A DNA stretch of 64,000 nucleotides from contig CAVZZO010000003.1 of assembly GCA_963779755.1 (NCBI GenBank), forward strand, positions 736,001 to 800,000. Reading direction: 5' to 3'. Below are positions 21,802-31,069 of this stretch, piece after piece. The stretch's first letter is position 1. Every line of letters begins with the position of its first letter. The notes beneath the pieces were generated by a model that was not told where the DNA came from, did no database searches, and saw nothing but the letters and a program-made list of their open reading frames with translations. The DNA comes from an uncultured Gemmatimonadales bacterium (GTDB taxonomy: Bacteria; Gemmatimonadota; Gemmatimonadetes; Gemmatimonadales; GWC2-71-9). The translations under genes were made by a program, and so were the position numbers.

Positions 21802-23513
21802 TGGATCTTGACCTCCGTGACCGGATTGCCCGATGCGTCCAGCACGTGCACCCCGCAGGCGATGCAGGGATCGAACGAGTGGATGGTCCGGAGGATCTCC
21901 AGCGGCTGATCCGGCTTCACCAGCGGATGGTTATCCATCAGCGCCGCCTCGTACGGGCCGGGCTGGCCCTGAGCATCGCGCGGCGACGCGTTCCAGGTGC
22001 TGGGCACCACACACTGGTAGCGGGAGATCTTGCCGTCATCGATCTGGACCCAGTGGCCCAGCGCGCCCCGCGGAGCATCGAGGTAGCCGTATCCCTGGGC
22101 CGTCTTGGGCCAGGTGGACGGATCCCACTTGCTGGCGGTAAAGGTCTGGGTGTCGCCGCTCCGGATCCGGGTCACCAGCGCGTCGTACCAGTCGTTCATC
22201 TTCCGGGCGAGGAGCACCGTTTCGATCCCGCGGGCGGCGGTACGGCCCAGGGTGGAAAAGAGCGCCGCCGGCCCGACCTGCAACCGCCCCAGCGCTTCGC
22301 CCACCAGCGCCTTGGCGCCCTCATGGCCCGAGGCGTAGGCCACCAGCATGCGGGACAGCGGCCCCACCTGCATGGGCTTGCCCTCGTAGCGCGGCGACTT
22401 CATCCAGGTGTACTTGTCCAGGTCCTGCAGGTACTGCCAGGGCGGCGGCGGCCCGGTGTACTTGGCCTTGGTCTCGCCCTCATAGGGGTGCAGCCCCGCC
22501 TCGGCGCCCTTGGAGTACTCGTACCAGGAACTGTGGATGTACTCCTTGACCTTGTTCTGGTCGTAGGGCACGACCTTGCTGAGGTCGTTGTTCAGGATGA
22601 TGCCGCGGGGGAAGTACAGGCTGTCGAGGTCCCGTACGTCGGTTTCGGGGAACTCGCCCACCGCCAGATGGTTCGGCACCCCGCCCCCGATCGCCCCCCA
22701 GTCCTTGTAGAAGCCGGCGATGGCCAGCAGGTCGGGCCAGTACACCTGTTCCACGAAAGTCTGCGCCCGGGTGATCATGTCCCGGATGTCGGTGAGCCGC
22801 TCGGTGTTGATGGTCTCGGTGTCGTTCAGGTTGATGGCCGAGGCCATGCCGCCCACCAGAAAGTTGGGGTGCGGATTCTTGCCCCCGAAGACGGTGTGCA
22901 GCCGGATGACGTCCCGCTGCCAGTCCAGCGCCTCCAAGTAGTGTCCCACCGCCATCAGGTTGGCTTCCGGCGGCAGCTTGTAGGCCGGGTGGCCCCAGTA
23001 GCCGTTGCTGAAGATCCCCAGCTGGCCGCCGCTCACGAACTTCTTGAGCTTGTCCTGCAGCGCCTGATAGTAGGTCTCGGAGTTATTGGGCCAGGGCGAG
23101 ACGGACCGCGCCAGGCGGGAGGTGGCGGCGGGATCGGCGCTCAGCGCGCTCACCACATCCACCCAGTCCAGCGCGTGCAGGTGATAGAAGTGAATGACGT
23201 GATCCTGGATAAACTGCATCCCGTGGATCAGGTTGCGGATGGTATTGGCGTTGGGTGGAATGCGGATATCGAGCGCATCCTCCACCGCGCGGCAGGAGGC
23301 GACGGCGTGGACCACGGTACACACGCCGCAGATGCGCTGGGTGAAGGCCCAGGCATCGCGCGGGTCGCGGTCCTGCATGATGATCTCGATACCCCGGAAC
23401 TGAGTGGCGGAGGCCCAGGCTTTGCCGATCATGCCGTTCTCGGCCTGCGCTTCGATCCGAAGATGCCCTTCGATCCGGGTGATCGGATCCACGACGACTT
23501 TGGTCTTGGCCAT
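21798..23513 (-). CDS. Group 1 [NiFe]-hydrogenase large subunit
   Basis: DPITRIEGH, L1 RICGVC, L2 SFDPCIACGVH plus cleavable C-terminal tail. Confidence 0.97.
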   Translation of the reverse strand: MAKTKVVVDPITRIEGHLRIEAQAENGMIGKAWASATQFRGIEIIMQDRDPRDAWAFTQRICGVCTVVHAVASCRAVEDALDIRIPPNANTIRNLIHGMQFIQDHVIHFYHLHALDWVDVVSALSADPAATSRLARSVSPWPNNSETYYQALQDKLKKFVSGGQLGIFSNGYWGHPAYKLPPEANLMAVGHYLEALDWQRDVIRLHTVFGGKNPHPNFLVGGMASAINLNDTETINTERLTDIRDMITRAQTFVEQVYWPDLLAIAGFYKDWGAIGGGVPNHLAVGEFPETDVRDLDSLYFPRGIILNNDLSKVVPYDQNKVKEYIHSSWYEYSKGAEAGLHPYEGETKAKYTGPPPPWQYLQDLDKYTWMKSPRYEGKPMQVGPLSRMLVAYASGHEGAKALVGEALGRLQVGPAALFSTLGRTAARGIETVLLARKMNDWYDALVTRIRSGDTQTFTASKWDPSTWPKTAQGYGYLDAPRGALGHWVQIDDGKISRYQCVVPSTWNASPRDAQGQPGPYEAALMDNHPLVKPDQPLEILRTIHSFDPCIACGVHVLDASGNPVTEVKIQ

Positions 23514-23528
23514 GGCTTCGGATCTCCC

Positions 23529-24689
23529 TTACTTGTCGCTGACGTTGCCCGACGGACCGGCCGGCGGGCGGGGGGTACTATCCACCACGGGAAGCTGGCG
23601 CCGCTGGCGTACCTGGTGCACGCCGGTGGCGATCGCGTGAGCGGCCACGCCGCCCGCCGCGCCCAGCGCCAGCGCCGCGCCCAGGAAGTCCACCCGGCTC
23701 TCGACGCCGAACCCGCCCACGTTGGGCAGGCGGCCGTAGAACGGGGTCATCGAGTCCCAGAACCCGACCTCGGTACACCCGATGCAGGGGTGGCCCGCGC
23801 CGATGGGCCAGTTGGTCCGCGTATTCCACAGGAAGATGGGACAGGGCGAGAAGGTGGCGGGCCCCTTGCACCCCACCTTGTAGAGGCACCAGCCCTTCCG
23901 GGCCGCCTCGTCGTCGAAGGTTTCCACGAACTGGCCCGCGTCGAAGTTCGCGCGCCGCGTGCACTGGTCGTGGATCCGCGAGCCGTAGGCGAACTCGGGC
24001 CGGCCCTGCGCGTCGAGCGCCGGGAGGCTGCCGAAGGTGAGATAGTGCACCAGGGTCGCGGTGATGGTATCGGCAATCGGCGGGCACCCGGCGATGTTGA
24101 CCACCGGCTTGTCCTTGACGACACTGCTGACGCCCACCGCCCCGGTGGGATTGGGCCGCGCCGCCTGCACGTTGCCCCAGTGCGCGCATGCCCCCACCGC
24201 CACCACGGCGGCCGCCCCCTTGGCCCCTTCCTCCAGAATCTCCTTCGCCGTCCGCCCCGCGATGGTGGTGTAGATCCCGCCTTCGTTGAGGGGCACCGAG
24301 CCGGTGACCACCAGCACGTACTTCCCGTAGTTGTCCTTCATGGCGGCCTGCAGCGCCGCTTCGGCATGATCCCCCGCCGCCGCCATGAGATTCTCCTGGA
24401 AGTCCAGGGAGATCAGATCCAGCACCAGATCACCGATCGTCGGATCGGCGGTGCGGAGGACCGACTCGGTGCAGCCGGTACACTCCTGCAGGGAAAGCCA
24501 GACCACGCTGGGGCGCTTCACGGCCTGCAGCGCCATCGCCATCCGGGGCGCGGCGGCACTGCTCAGTCCGAGAATGACGCACATCTCCCCGCAGAAGGAG
24601 AGAAAGTCACGACGGGAGACGCCGCGCTTCTCCAGATGTTCGCCGAGGGTCTCCCCCTCGGTCCAGGGATCGCTGCTGATCGAAAACAT
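23529..24689 (-). CDS. Group 1 [NiFe]-hydrogenase small subunit (Tat-exported, membrane-anchored)
   Basis: RBS GGAGG; SRRDFL Tat motif; ECTGC, GCPP, HDQC...WCLYKVGCKGP, GHPCIGC; C-terminal TM with His. Confidence 0.96.
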   Translation of the reverse strand: MFSISSDPWTEGETLGEHLEKRGVSRRDFLSFCGEMCVILGLSSAAAPRMAMALQAVKRPSVVWLSLQECTGCTESVLRTADPTIGDLVLDLISLDFQENLMAAAGDHAEAALQAAMKDNYGKYVLVVTGSVPLNEGGIYTTIAGRTAKEILEEGAKGAAAVVAVGACAHWGNVQAARPNPTGAVGVSSVVKDKPVVNIAGCPPIADTITATLVHYLTFGSLPALDAQGRPEFAYGSRIHDQCTRRANFDAGQFVETFDDEAARKGWCLYKVGCKGPATFSPCPIFLWNTRTNWPIGAGHPCIGCTEVGFWDSMTPFYGRLPNVGGFGVESRVDFLGAALALGAAGGVAAHAIATGVHQVRQRRQLPVVDSTPRPPAGPSGNVSDK

Positions 24690-24807
24690 CGCGTGTCCTC
24701 CGGTCCAGAAGCCTGATGGTTGGACCGGCGGCGGGAGGGGGCCGCCGTCGGGGCCCGATACGCCAGCAAGGCGGATGATCGGCGAGCGCAAACATGACCG
24801 CCGCTTC

Positions 24808-24840
24808 ATGAAGAACTTCTTAATTCGGGGTTAATTAATC
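24808..24840. promoter_or_regulatory. AT-rich divergent promoter region with 11-bp-period repeats
   Basis: ATGAAGA (24808), CTTAATT (24819), GTTAATT (24830) between the hydrogenase and ATPase operons. Confidence 0.4.
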
Positions 24841-24907
24841 GTTCCCGTGCTCCGGCGAATATTCCCCAGGCCCGTGGGCTCCACGGTCCGCGGCGCGGGA
24901 AGGGAAC

Positions 24908-25282
24908 ATGACGAACCACCGGAGGCGCGGCGCAGCAGGCCCGGTCGCACCACAGGACCTGGACCGGCTGATCGAGGCGGAACGGTCCCTGGCGTCCCGG
25001 TTGCAGCAGGCCCGGGACGAGGCTGCTGCCTTGGTGGCCGCGGCGCGGGAGGAGGCCCTGGCCCGCCGCCGGGCCGTCGCCGACGCGGCCGCCGCCCGGC
25101 GGCGCGAGGCGGAGCGGGAGGTTGCCAGGACTCGTGAGCAACGGCTGCGCGAGATCGCCGGGGAGTGGCAACGCCGCGCCGCCTGCCTGGAGCAGGTGTC
25201 GAAACCCCGGCAGGCGGAGCTCGCCGACCGGCTCATCCGGCAGGTGCTGGCCGGATCCGCCGGACGGGAGGCTCCGCCATGA
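24908..25282 (+). CDS. A/V-type ATPase subunit G/H-like
   Basis: Ala/Arg/Glu coiled coil (LIEAER...AREEA); first gene of the operon. Confidence 0.7.
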   Translation: MTNHRRRGAAGPVAPQDLDRLIEAERSLASRLQQARDEAAALVAAAREEALARRRAVADAAAARRREAEREVARTREQRLREIAGEWQRRAACLEQVSKPRQAELADRLIRQVLAGSAGREAPP

Positions 25283-27192
25283 TCCTCCCCATGGCGCGGG
25301 TACGCATCATGGGCCGGCGCGGCGCGCTGCCCGGGATCCTGCGGACGATCCAGGACGCAGGCGTGGTGCACCTCTCCCCCGCACCGGAGCTCCCGTCGGT
25401 GCCGCCGCGCGAGCCGGCCCCGGCGGAGGCGCGCTGCCGCCGGAACCTGCTCCGCCTCCTCGATGATGTCGACGCCGCCCTCGCCCTCATGGGAAGCCCG
25501 CCGCCCGCCGGAACCGTGCCGGGCGAAGCGGACCAGCCGCTGGGCGCCTGGGCCCGGCTGGCCCGGCGCACCCGGCGCCAGGCCGCTACGCTGCAACAGA
25601 CCCGCAGCACCCTGGAGGAGGAGCAGGCCCTCATTCTCAAGTACCGCGGGTTGTTCGCGGCCTTCGAGCCCGCCCTGCGGGCCGACCACCGCTGGGAGCT
25701 GGGCCGGGCCTACATCGTGGTGCTTCGCCCGGGCCAGTCCGGCAGCATCCCCCGCCTCCAGGAAGGCCTCGCCCGCGCCGTAGGCGATGGGTTCGAGCTG
25801 CGCTCCCATACCCTGGCCGGCGGGGAGACCGCCGTGCTGCTGCTGGTTCCCGCCTCGGCTGCCGAACATGTCGAGAAGATCCTGGCCGAGGCCGGCGCTC
25901 AGGACATTCCCGTCCCCGCCGCATACGGCGGCCGGTCGCTGGCCGAGTCGGTGCCCCGGATGCTGGAGCGGCTGGAGGTCATTCCGGGGGAGCTGGCGCG
26001 CGTCGAGTCCGAGCGGGACCGGCTGCGCGCCCGCGATGGACGGACCCTGGCCACCGTCAGGCAGGCGTTGCACGACCGGCTGGCCCGCCTCGAGGCCCTC
26101 GACTATTCCCGGGTCACCGACCACGCCTGCGTGCTGGAGGGCTGGGTGCCTGCTCAGCTTCTCTCCCGGCTGGAGGGCCGGCTGGAACGCGACCTGGACC
26201 AGACCGTCACGCTCGAGGTGGTAGGCGAGGACCACTGGTCGGGCACCGAGCCCCCGGTGGTGCTCTCCAACCCGCGGCTCTTTCAGCCCTTCGAGCTGCT
26301 CATCCGGCTGATGCCGCTGCCCCGTTACGGCAGCATCGATCCCACGCCGTTCGTGGCCGTCTTCTTCCCCATGTTCTTCGGCCTCATCGTGGGCGACGCG
26401 GGCTACGGCGTGGTGCTGGCCGGCCTGGGACTGCTCCTGCACCGGCGCAGCCGGCCCGGGACCGTGCTCCGCTCGGCGGCCCGGATCGCCGGCGCCTGCG
26501 CCGCCTTCTCCATCATTTTCGGCCTGCTGTACGGCGAAATCTTCGGCGATCTGGGCCGCCGGCTCCTGGGACTCCGTCCGCTCTGGTTCGACCGGGAAGA
26601 GGCCGTGGTGCCCTTCCTGGGACTGGCGGTAGCGCTCGGGCTGGTGCATGTGCTGCTGGGACTGGGCCTGGGAGTGGTGAGCGCCTTCCGCGGCCACCGG
26701 CGGCAGGCGCTCGGGCGCGGCATCTCCATGCTCATGGTGGTGCTGCTCCTGCTGGCCCTGCTGGCGGCCCTCGAGGTGCTGCCGGGCGCGCTCCTCACCC
26801 CGGCGGTGATCGCCCTGCTCGCCGCATTCCCGGTGCTGGTGATCGCGGAAGGCATTGTCGCCCCGGTCGAGCTGCTGTCCACGGTCGGCAATATCCTGTC
26901 CTACGCCCGTATCATGGCGCTGGGCACGGCGTCGGTCATGCTCGCCGTGGTGGCGAACCGCATGGTGGGCGCCATGGGGAGCGTCGTGGTGGGGGTCATC
27001 TTCGCCCTGCTCTTTCACGTGGTGAACTTCGCCCTCGCCCTCTTCAGCCCCACCATCCACGCACTGCGTCTCCACTACGTGGAGTTCTTCGGCAAGTTCT
27101 ACAGCCCCGGCGGCGTGGAGTATCACCCGCTCACTCACTGGAAACCCGAGACGGCCGCGCACCTCGCACCGGCCGAAAGGAGCCATGCATGA
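25279..27192 (+). CDS. A/V-type ATPase subunit I (a)
   Basis: IDPTP, FFGLIVGDAGYG, LSYARIMAL (essential Arg), LRLHYVEFF. Confidence 0.95.
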   Translation: MILPMARVRIMGRRGALPGILRTIQDAGVVHLSPAPELPSVPPREPAPAEARCRRNLLRLLDDVDAALALMGSPPPAGTVPGEADQPLGAWARLARRTRRQAATLQQTRSTLEEEQALILKYRGLFAAFEPALRADHRWELGRAYIVVLRPGQSGSIPRLQEGLARAVGDGFELRSHTLAGGETAVLLLVPASAAEHVEKILAEAGAQDIPVPAAYGGRSLAESVPRMLERLEVIPGELARVESERDRLRARDGRTLATVRQALHDRLARLEALDYSRVTDHACVLEGWVPAQLLSRLEGRLERDLDQTVTLEVVGEDHWSGTEPPVVLSNPRLFQPFELLIRLMPLPRYGSIDPTPFVAVFFPMFFGLIVGDAGYGVVLAGLGLLLHRRSRPGTVLRSAARIAGACAAFSIIFGLLYGEIFGDLGRRLLGLRPLWFDREEAVVPFLGLAVALGLVHVLLGLGLGVVSAFRGHRRQALGRGISMLMVVLLLLALLAALEVLPGALLTPAVIALLAAFPVLVIAEGIVAPVELLSTVGNILSYARIMALGTASVMLAVVANRMVGAMGSVVVGVIFALLFHVVNFALALFSPTIHALRLHYVEFFGKFYSPGGVEYHPLTHWKPETAAHLAPAERSHA

Positions 27193-27410
27193 ACGTCGTA
27201 TGGATCACCCTGAGCGCCGCCCTGGCCATCGGCATTCCCGCGATCGCCACCGCCTGGGCGCAGTCGCGCATCGGGCCCGCGGCGGCGGCCAGCCTGGCGG
27301 AGAAACCCGAGCTGAGCACCACGGCGATCATCATGCTCGCCATCCCCGAAACCATGGTGATCCTGGGCTTCGTGGTTGCCGTGCTCATCATGCTGCGCGC
27401 GGGAGGCTGA
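27189..27410 (+). CDS. A/V-type ATPase proteolipid subunit K (c), single hairpin
   Basis: Two TMs, AQSRIG...AIPETMVILG with the ion-binding Glu. Confidence 0.93.
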   Translation: MNVVWITLSAALAIGIPAIATAWAQSRIGPAAAASLAEKPELSTTAIIMLAIPETMVILGFVVAVLIMLRAGG

Positions 27411-27412
27411 GC

Positions 27413-28009
27413 GTGCCGCTGGAGCAGCTGCTGCGGTCGCTGGCAACGGAAACCGAGGACGCCGCCCGGCGCCTGCTGGACGAGGCCCGGGCATCGGCGC
27501 GCGCCCTGGTCGACGCCGCCGAGACGGCGGCCGGCCGGCAGGCCGCCGGGGCGCAGGAACAGGAGGAAGCCGCGCAGCGCGAGGCGTTGGAGCGGGATCT
27601 GGCCGCCTGTCGCCGGGAAGGACGCCTGCACTGGCTGCGCGCCCGCGCGGAGCTGCTCGACCGGATCTTCGCCCTGGCGCACGCCCGGCTGCCCGAAATT
27701 GCCGCCGGCGCCGACTATGGCGCGAGCATACCCGCCGAGCTGGATCTGGCGCTGCCCTTCCTGGAAGACACCGCCTGCGTGGTGCACTGCCCGCCGGCGC
27801 ACGCCGCGGTGGCGCGCCGGCACCTGGCCGGCCGCCCGGAGATCCGGGTCGAGGCCGACCTCCCCGACGGCCTGCGGATCGTGGCGTGCGACGGCAGCGT
27901 CGAGGTGGATCGTACGCTGTCGCGGCGGGTGGACAGTCTTCGCGTCCCGCTGAGTGTGAACCTGCTTCAGGAGCTGTACGCCGAATGCGACCAGTCTGGG
28001 ACGACGTAA
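27413..28009 (+). CDS. A/V-type ATPase subunit E
   Basis: GTG start, N-terminal coiled coil, DGSVEVDRTL; operon position. Confidence 0.8.
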   Translation: MPLEQLLRSLATETEDAARRLLDEARASARALVDAAETAAGRQAAGAQEQEEAAQREALERDLAACRREGRLHWLRARAELLDRIFALAHARLPEIAAGADYGASIPAELDLALPFLEDTACVVHCPPAHAAVARRHLAGRPEIRVEADLPDGLRIVACDGSVEVDRTLSRRVDSLRVPLSVNLLQELYAECDQSGTT

Positions 28010-28995
28010 TCGCGCGGGTCAGGGGTCTGCGAACCCACCTGCTCACCCGGGAGACGCTGCGCGATCTGGCGCGGGAGTCCCGGCCGGCGGGCGTGGCGCA
28101 CCGCCTGGCCCAGGCCGGCTATCAGCTGGACCCCGGCGCAGCCTCCGCCGGAAGCCTGGAGCTGGCCATCCGGCGGACGGCGGCCGGCCGGATGGGCACC
28201 CTGGCGCGCTGGTGCCGGGCGCGGACCGCGGTGCTTCGCGTGGTATTCGAGGACGAGGATCGCCGCTCCCTGCGGCAGATTCTGCGCGGCATGGTGGACG
28301 GGTCGGCGCCGGACCTGCGGCTGGCCGGACTGATCCCGACACCAGCCCTCCCGGAACGGGCCCTGGAGGAGCTGGCGCGGTGTGACACCGTGGCGTCCGC
28401 CGCCGCGCTGCTGACCGCCTGGGGACATCCCGCCGCGCCGGTGCTCCTCGCCGCCGGGGCCGCCCGCCGGCCGGCGCTGCTGCCACTCGAGGTGGCGCTC
28501 ACCCGCCGCTTCGCCGGACGCGCACTCGCGGCCGCGCGGAAGGACGGCACGCTGCGCGGATTTGTGCGCGAGGGCATCGACCTGGAAAATGTCTGGACCG
28601 CCGCGGTGCTGGCGGGCAATGCCCCCGACCTCGATCCAGCCAGCTGCTTCGTCCCGGGCGGGGCGCGCATCACCCCCCAGCTGGTGTGCGAGGCCGCCGC
28701 CCTGCCCGACGCCGGATCGGCGCTCCGCCGGCTGGCGGCGGAGTTGGGACGTACCCGCCTGGCGCAGGCGCTGCTCCAGGCGGCGGACCGGCCCTGGGAT
28801 ATCGAACAGCTTGTGCTGGCCGCACGCGAACAGGACCAGATCGACCGTATGCGGCTCATGCCGCTCAGCCTGGCGCCGGTGCTGAGCTACGTCCTGGGAG
28901 TCCGGCTGGAGGTGATGGCCCTCCAGCGCATCATCTGGGGCGCAGAGCTGGGCGCGCCCGGCGCGGCCCGCCTGCTGGAAGAAGCCCTCGTATGA
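27985..28995 (+). CDS. A/V-type ATPase subunit C (d)
   Basis: ARVRGLRTHLL, IDLENV; operon position. Confidence 0.85.
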   Translation: MRPVWDDVIARVRGLRTHLLTRETLRDLARESRPAGVAHRLAQAGYQLDPGAASAGSLELAIRRTAAGRMGTLARWCRARTAVLRVVFEDEDRRSLRQILRGMVDGSAPDLRLAGLIPTPALPERALEELARCDTVASAAALLTAWGHPAAPVLLAAGAARRPALLPLEVALTRRFAGRALAAARKDGTLRGFVREGIDLENVWTAAVLAGNAPDLDPASCFVPGGARITPQLVCEAAALPDAGSALRRLAAELGRTRLAQALLQAADRPWDIEQLVLAAREQDQIDRMRLMPLSLAPVLSYVLGVRLEVMALQRIIWGAELGAPGAARLLEEALV

Positions 28996-29321
28996 AGGCG
29001 CAGGTGCGAGTGCTCTGCCGCCCCGGTACCGCTGCGGGCTTCGCGCTGGCGGGTCTCCGCCCGGTCGAGGCGGACGATCCCGCCAGCGGCGCGCTGCGGC
29101 TGCTGGAACTGCTGCGGCAGAAAGACGTCGGCGTGGTGCTGGTGGAAGACACCATCCACGACGCGCTCTCGCCCGACATCCGCCGCCAGCTCAGCCGCCG
29201 ACCGGTGCCCATGGTGGTTCCCTTCCCCTCGGCCCGCTGGGCCCCGCCGGCAGAGGAAGCCGACACCTACATCGCGGAGCTGCTGCGCCAGGCGATCGGC
29301 TATCGCGTGAGGTTGCTGTGA
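28992..29321 (+). CDS. A/V-type ATPase subunit F
   Basis: GFALAG, LRQAIGY. Confidence 0.9.
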   Translation: MKAQVRVLCRPGTAAGFALAGLRPVEADDPASGALRLLELLRQKDVGVVLVEDTIHDALSPDIRRQLSRRPVPMVVPFPSARWAPPAEEADTYIAELLRQAIGYRVRLL

Positions 29322-31069
29322 ACCGGGTCGCGCACATCTCGCGGATCACCGGCACGCTGGTGGAGGCGCGCCCCCTGCTGGGGGCCGGGCTCTACGAGCT
29401 CGCCCGCGTCGGCGCCGGCGGCCTGCTGGCCGAAGTGATCCGGGTGGAAGGCGAGATGGCGACATTGCAGGTGTACGAGGAAACCACCGGGCTGCAGATC
29501 GGCGAGCCGGTCACCTTGTCGGGCCATGCGCTCACGGTGCAGCTGGGGCCGGGGCTGCTGGGCGCGGTGGTGGACGGATTGGGCCGCCCGCTGGCCCATC
29601 TGGCCCGCGCAGCCGGCAGCTTCATCCAGCCGGGCATGGACGCGCCCACGCTCGACAGCGCGGCTCTGTGGGAGTTCCGGCCGGCGGTCCAGCGGGGCGA
29701 CCGGGTGGCCGAGGGCGACATGCTGGGAGACCTGGAAGAACGCCCCGGCTTCATGCACCGCGTCCTGGTGCCGCCCGGGATGGCCGGCACGGTCCGGACC
29801 ATCCACGCCGGTCCCTGCTCCATCGCCGACGTGATCGCCGCGCTGGATGAGGGCGGCGAGATCGGCCTGGCGCAGCACTGGCCGGTACGCCGCCCCCGCC
29901 CGGTCGCGCAGCGCCTGGCCGACGACCGCCCCTTTGTGACCGGGCAACGGGTCTTCGACTTTCTGTTCCCCGCGGCGGAGGGCGGGAGCGTCGCGGTGCC
30001 CGGCGGCTTCGGGACGGGAAAGACGGTGATCGAGCAGTCGCTGGCGCGCTATGGCGCGGCCGATGTCATGGTCTACATCGGGTGCGGCGAGCGCGGCAAC
30101 GAGATGGCCGAAGTCCTGAATGAATTTCCCCGGCTCACCGATCCCCGCACGGGCCGGTCCATCATGGACCGCACCGTCATGGTGGTGAACACCTCCAACA
30201 TGCCGGTGGCGGCACGCGAGGCCTCGGTGTACCTGGGGGTGACCATCGCCGAGTACTACCGCGATATGGGCTACCGCGTGGCGGTCATGGCCGACAGCCT
30301 CTCCCGCTGGGCGGAAGCGTTGCGGGAGATCAGCGCCAGGCTGCAGGAAATGCCGGGCGAGGAAGGATACCCCACCTACCTCGCCAACCGGATGGGACAG
30401 TTCTTCGAGCGCGCCGCGCGGGTGCGGACGCTGGGATCGCCCCCGCGCGAGGGCGCGCTCACGCTCATCAGCGCCATCTCCCCGCCGGGCGGAGATTTCT
30501 CCGAGCCGGTAACCCAGGCAGCGCTGCGGGTGGTGGGAGCGGTCTGGGCGCTGGATCCCGACATGGCGCACCAGCGCCAGTTTCCGGCGGTGGACTGGGA
30601 GACCAGCTACAGTCTCTATGCCGAGGGGGTCGCGCCCTGGCTCGAGCGCGAAGGCGGCCCCGGCTGGTCCGGCCTGCGGACCGACCTTCTGGCCCTGCTG
30701 CAGCGGGGCCGCGAGCTGCGGGAGATCGCCGCACTGGTGGGAGCGGAAGCCCTGCAGGACCAGGATCGCGTCACCCTGGAGACGGTGCGGGCCATCCGGG
30801 AAGCCGTGCTGGGCCAGAGCGCCTTCGACCCGAATGACGCCAGTTCCCCGTTGCGGAAGACCTGGTTGCTGGCCCATCTGGCCCTGCGGTTCCACTCGGC
30901 GGCGCTGCGGGCCCTGGAGGCCGGGGCCACCTTTGCCGCGCTCGATCTCAATCCCTCCCGCCACGCGCTGTATGCCGTGCGCGACGCGGGGCCCGAGGAC
31001 CTGGAGCGCGCCGCGCAGCAGGCGGAGACCGTGCTGGACCGGCTGGCGCCCGCGGAGAGCGGCGTATGA
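29318..31069 (+). CDS. A/V-type ATPase catalytic subunit A
   Basis: GGFGTGKT, GCGERGNEM, MPVAAREAS, EMPGEEGYP. Confidence 0.97.
   Translation: MNRVAHISRITGTLVEARPLLGAGLYELARVGAGGLLAEVIRVEGEMATLQVYEETTGLQIGEPVTLSGHALTVQLGPGLLGAVVDGLGRPLAHLARAAGSFIQPGMDAPTLDSAALWEFRPAVQRGDRVAEGDMLGDLEERPGFMHRVLVPPGMAGTVRTIHAGPCSIADVIAALDEGGEIGLAQHWPVRRPRPVAQRLADDRPFVTGQRVFDFLFPAAEGGSVAVPGGFGTGKTVIEQSLARYGAADVMVYIGCGERGNEMAEVLNEFPRLTDPRTGRSIMDRTVMVVNTSNMPVAAREASVYLGVTIAEYYRDMGYRVAVMADSLSRWAEALREISARLQEMPGEEGYPTYLANRMGQFFERAARVRTLGSPPREGALTLISAISPPGGDFSEPVTQAALRVVGAVWALDPDMAHQRQFPAVDWETSYSLYAEGVAPWLEREGGPGWSGLRTDLLALLQRGRELREIAALVGAEALQDQDRVTLETVRAIREAVLGQSAFDPNDASSPLRKTWLLAHLALRFHSAALRALEAGATFAALDLNPSRHALYAVRDAGPEDLERAAQQAETVLDRLAPAESGV

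Noticed and set aside
16615..24716. Long plus-strand ORFs (828 and 971 aa), and similar antisense ORFs at 34114-36828 and 38181-40235
   Set aside because: Shadow frames of well-supported high-GC genes, with no recognisable motifs
27189..27410. Na+-coupled ATPase suggested by Q...ET in subunit K
   Set aside because: The downstream Tyr of the Na+ signature is missing (ETMVIL), and the H+-pumping Thermus proteolipid has a similar Q/PET pattern; ion specificity cannot be called
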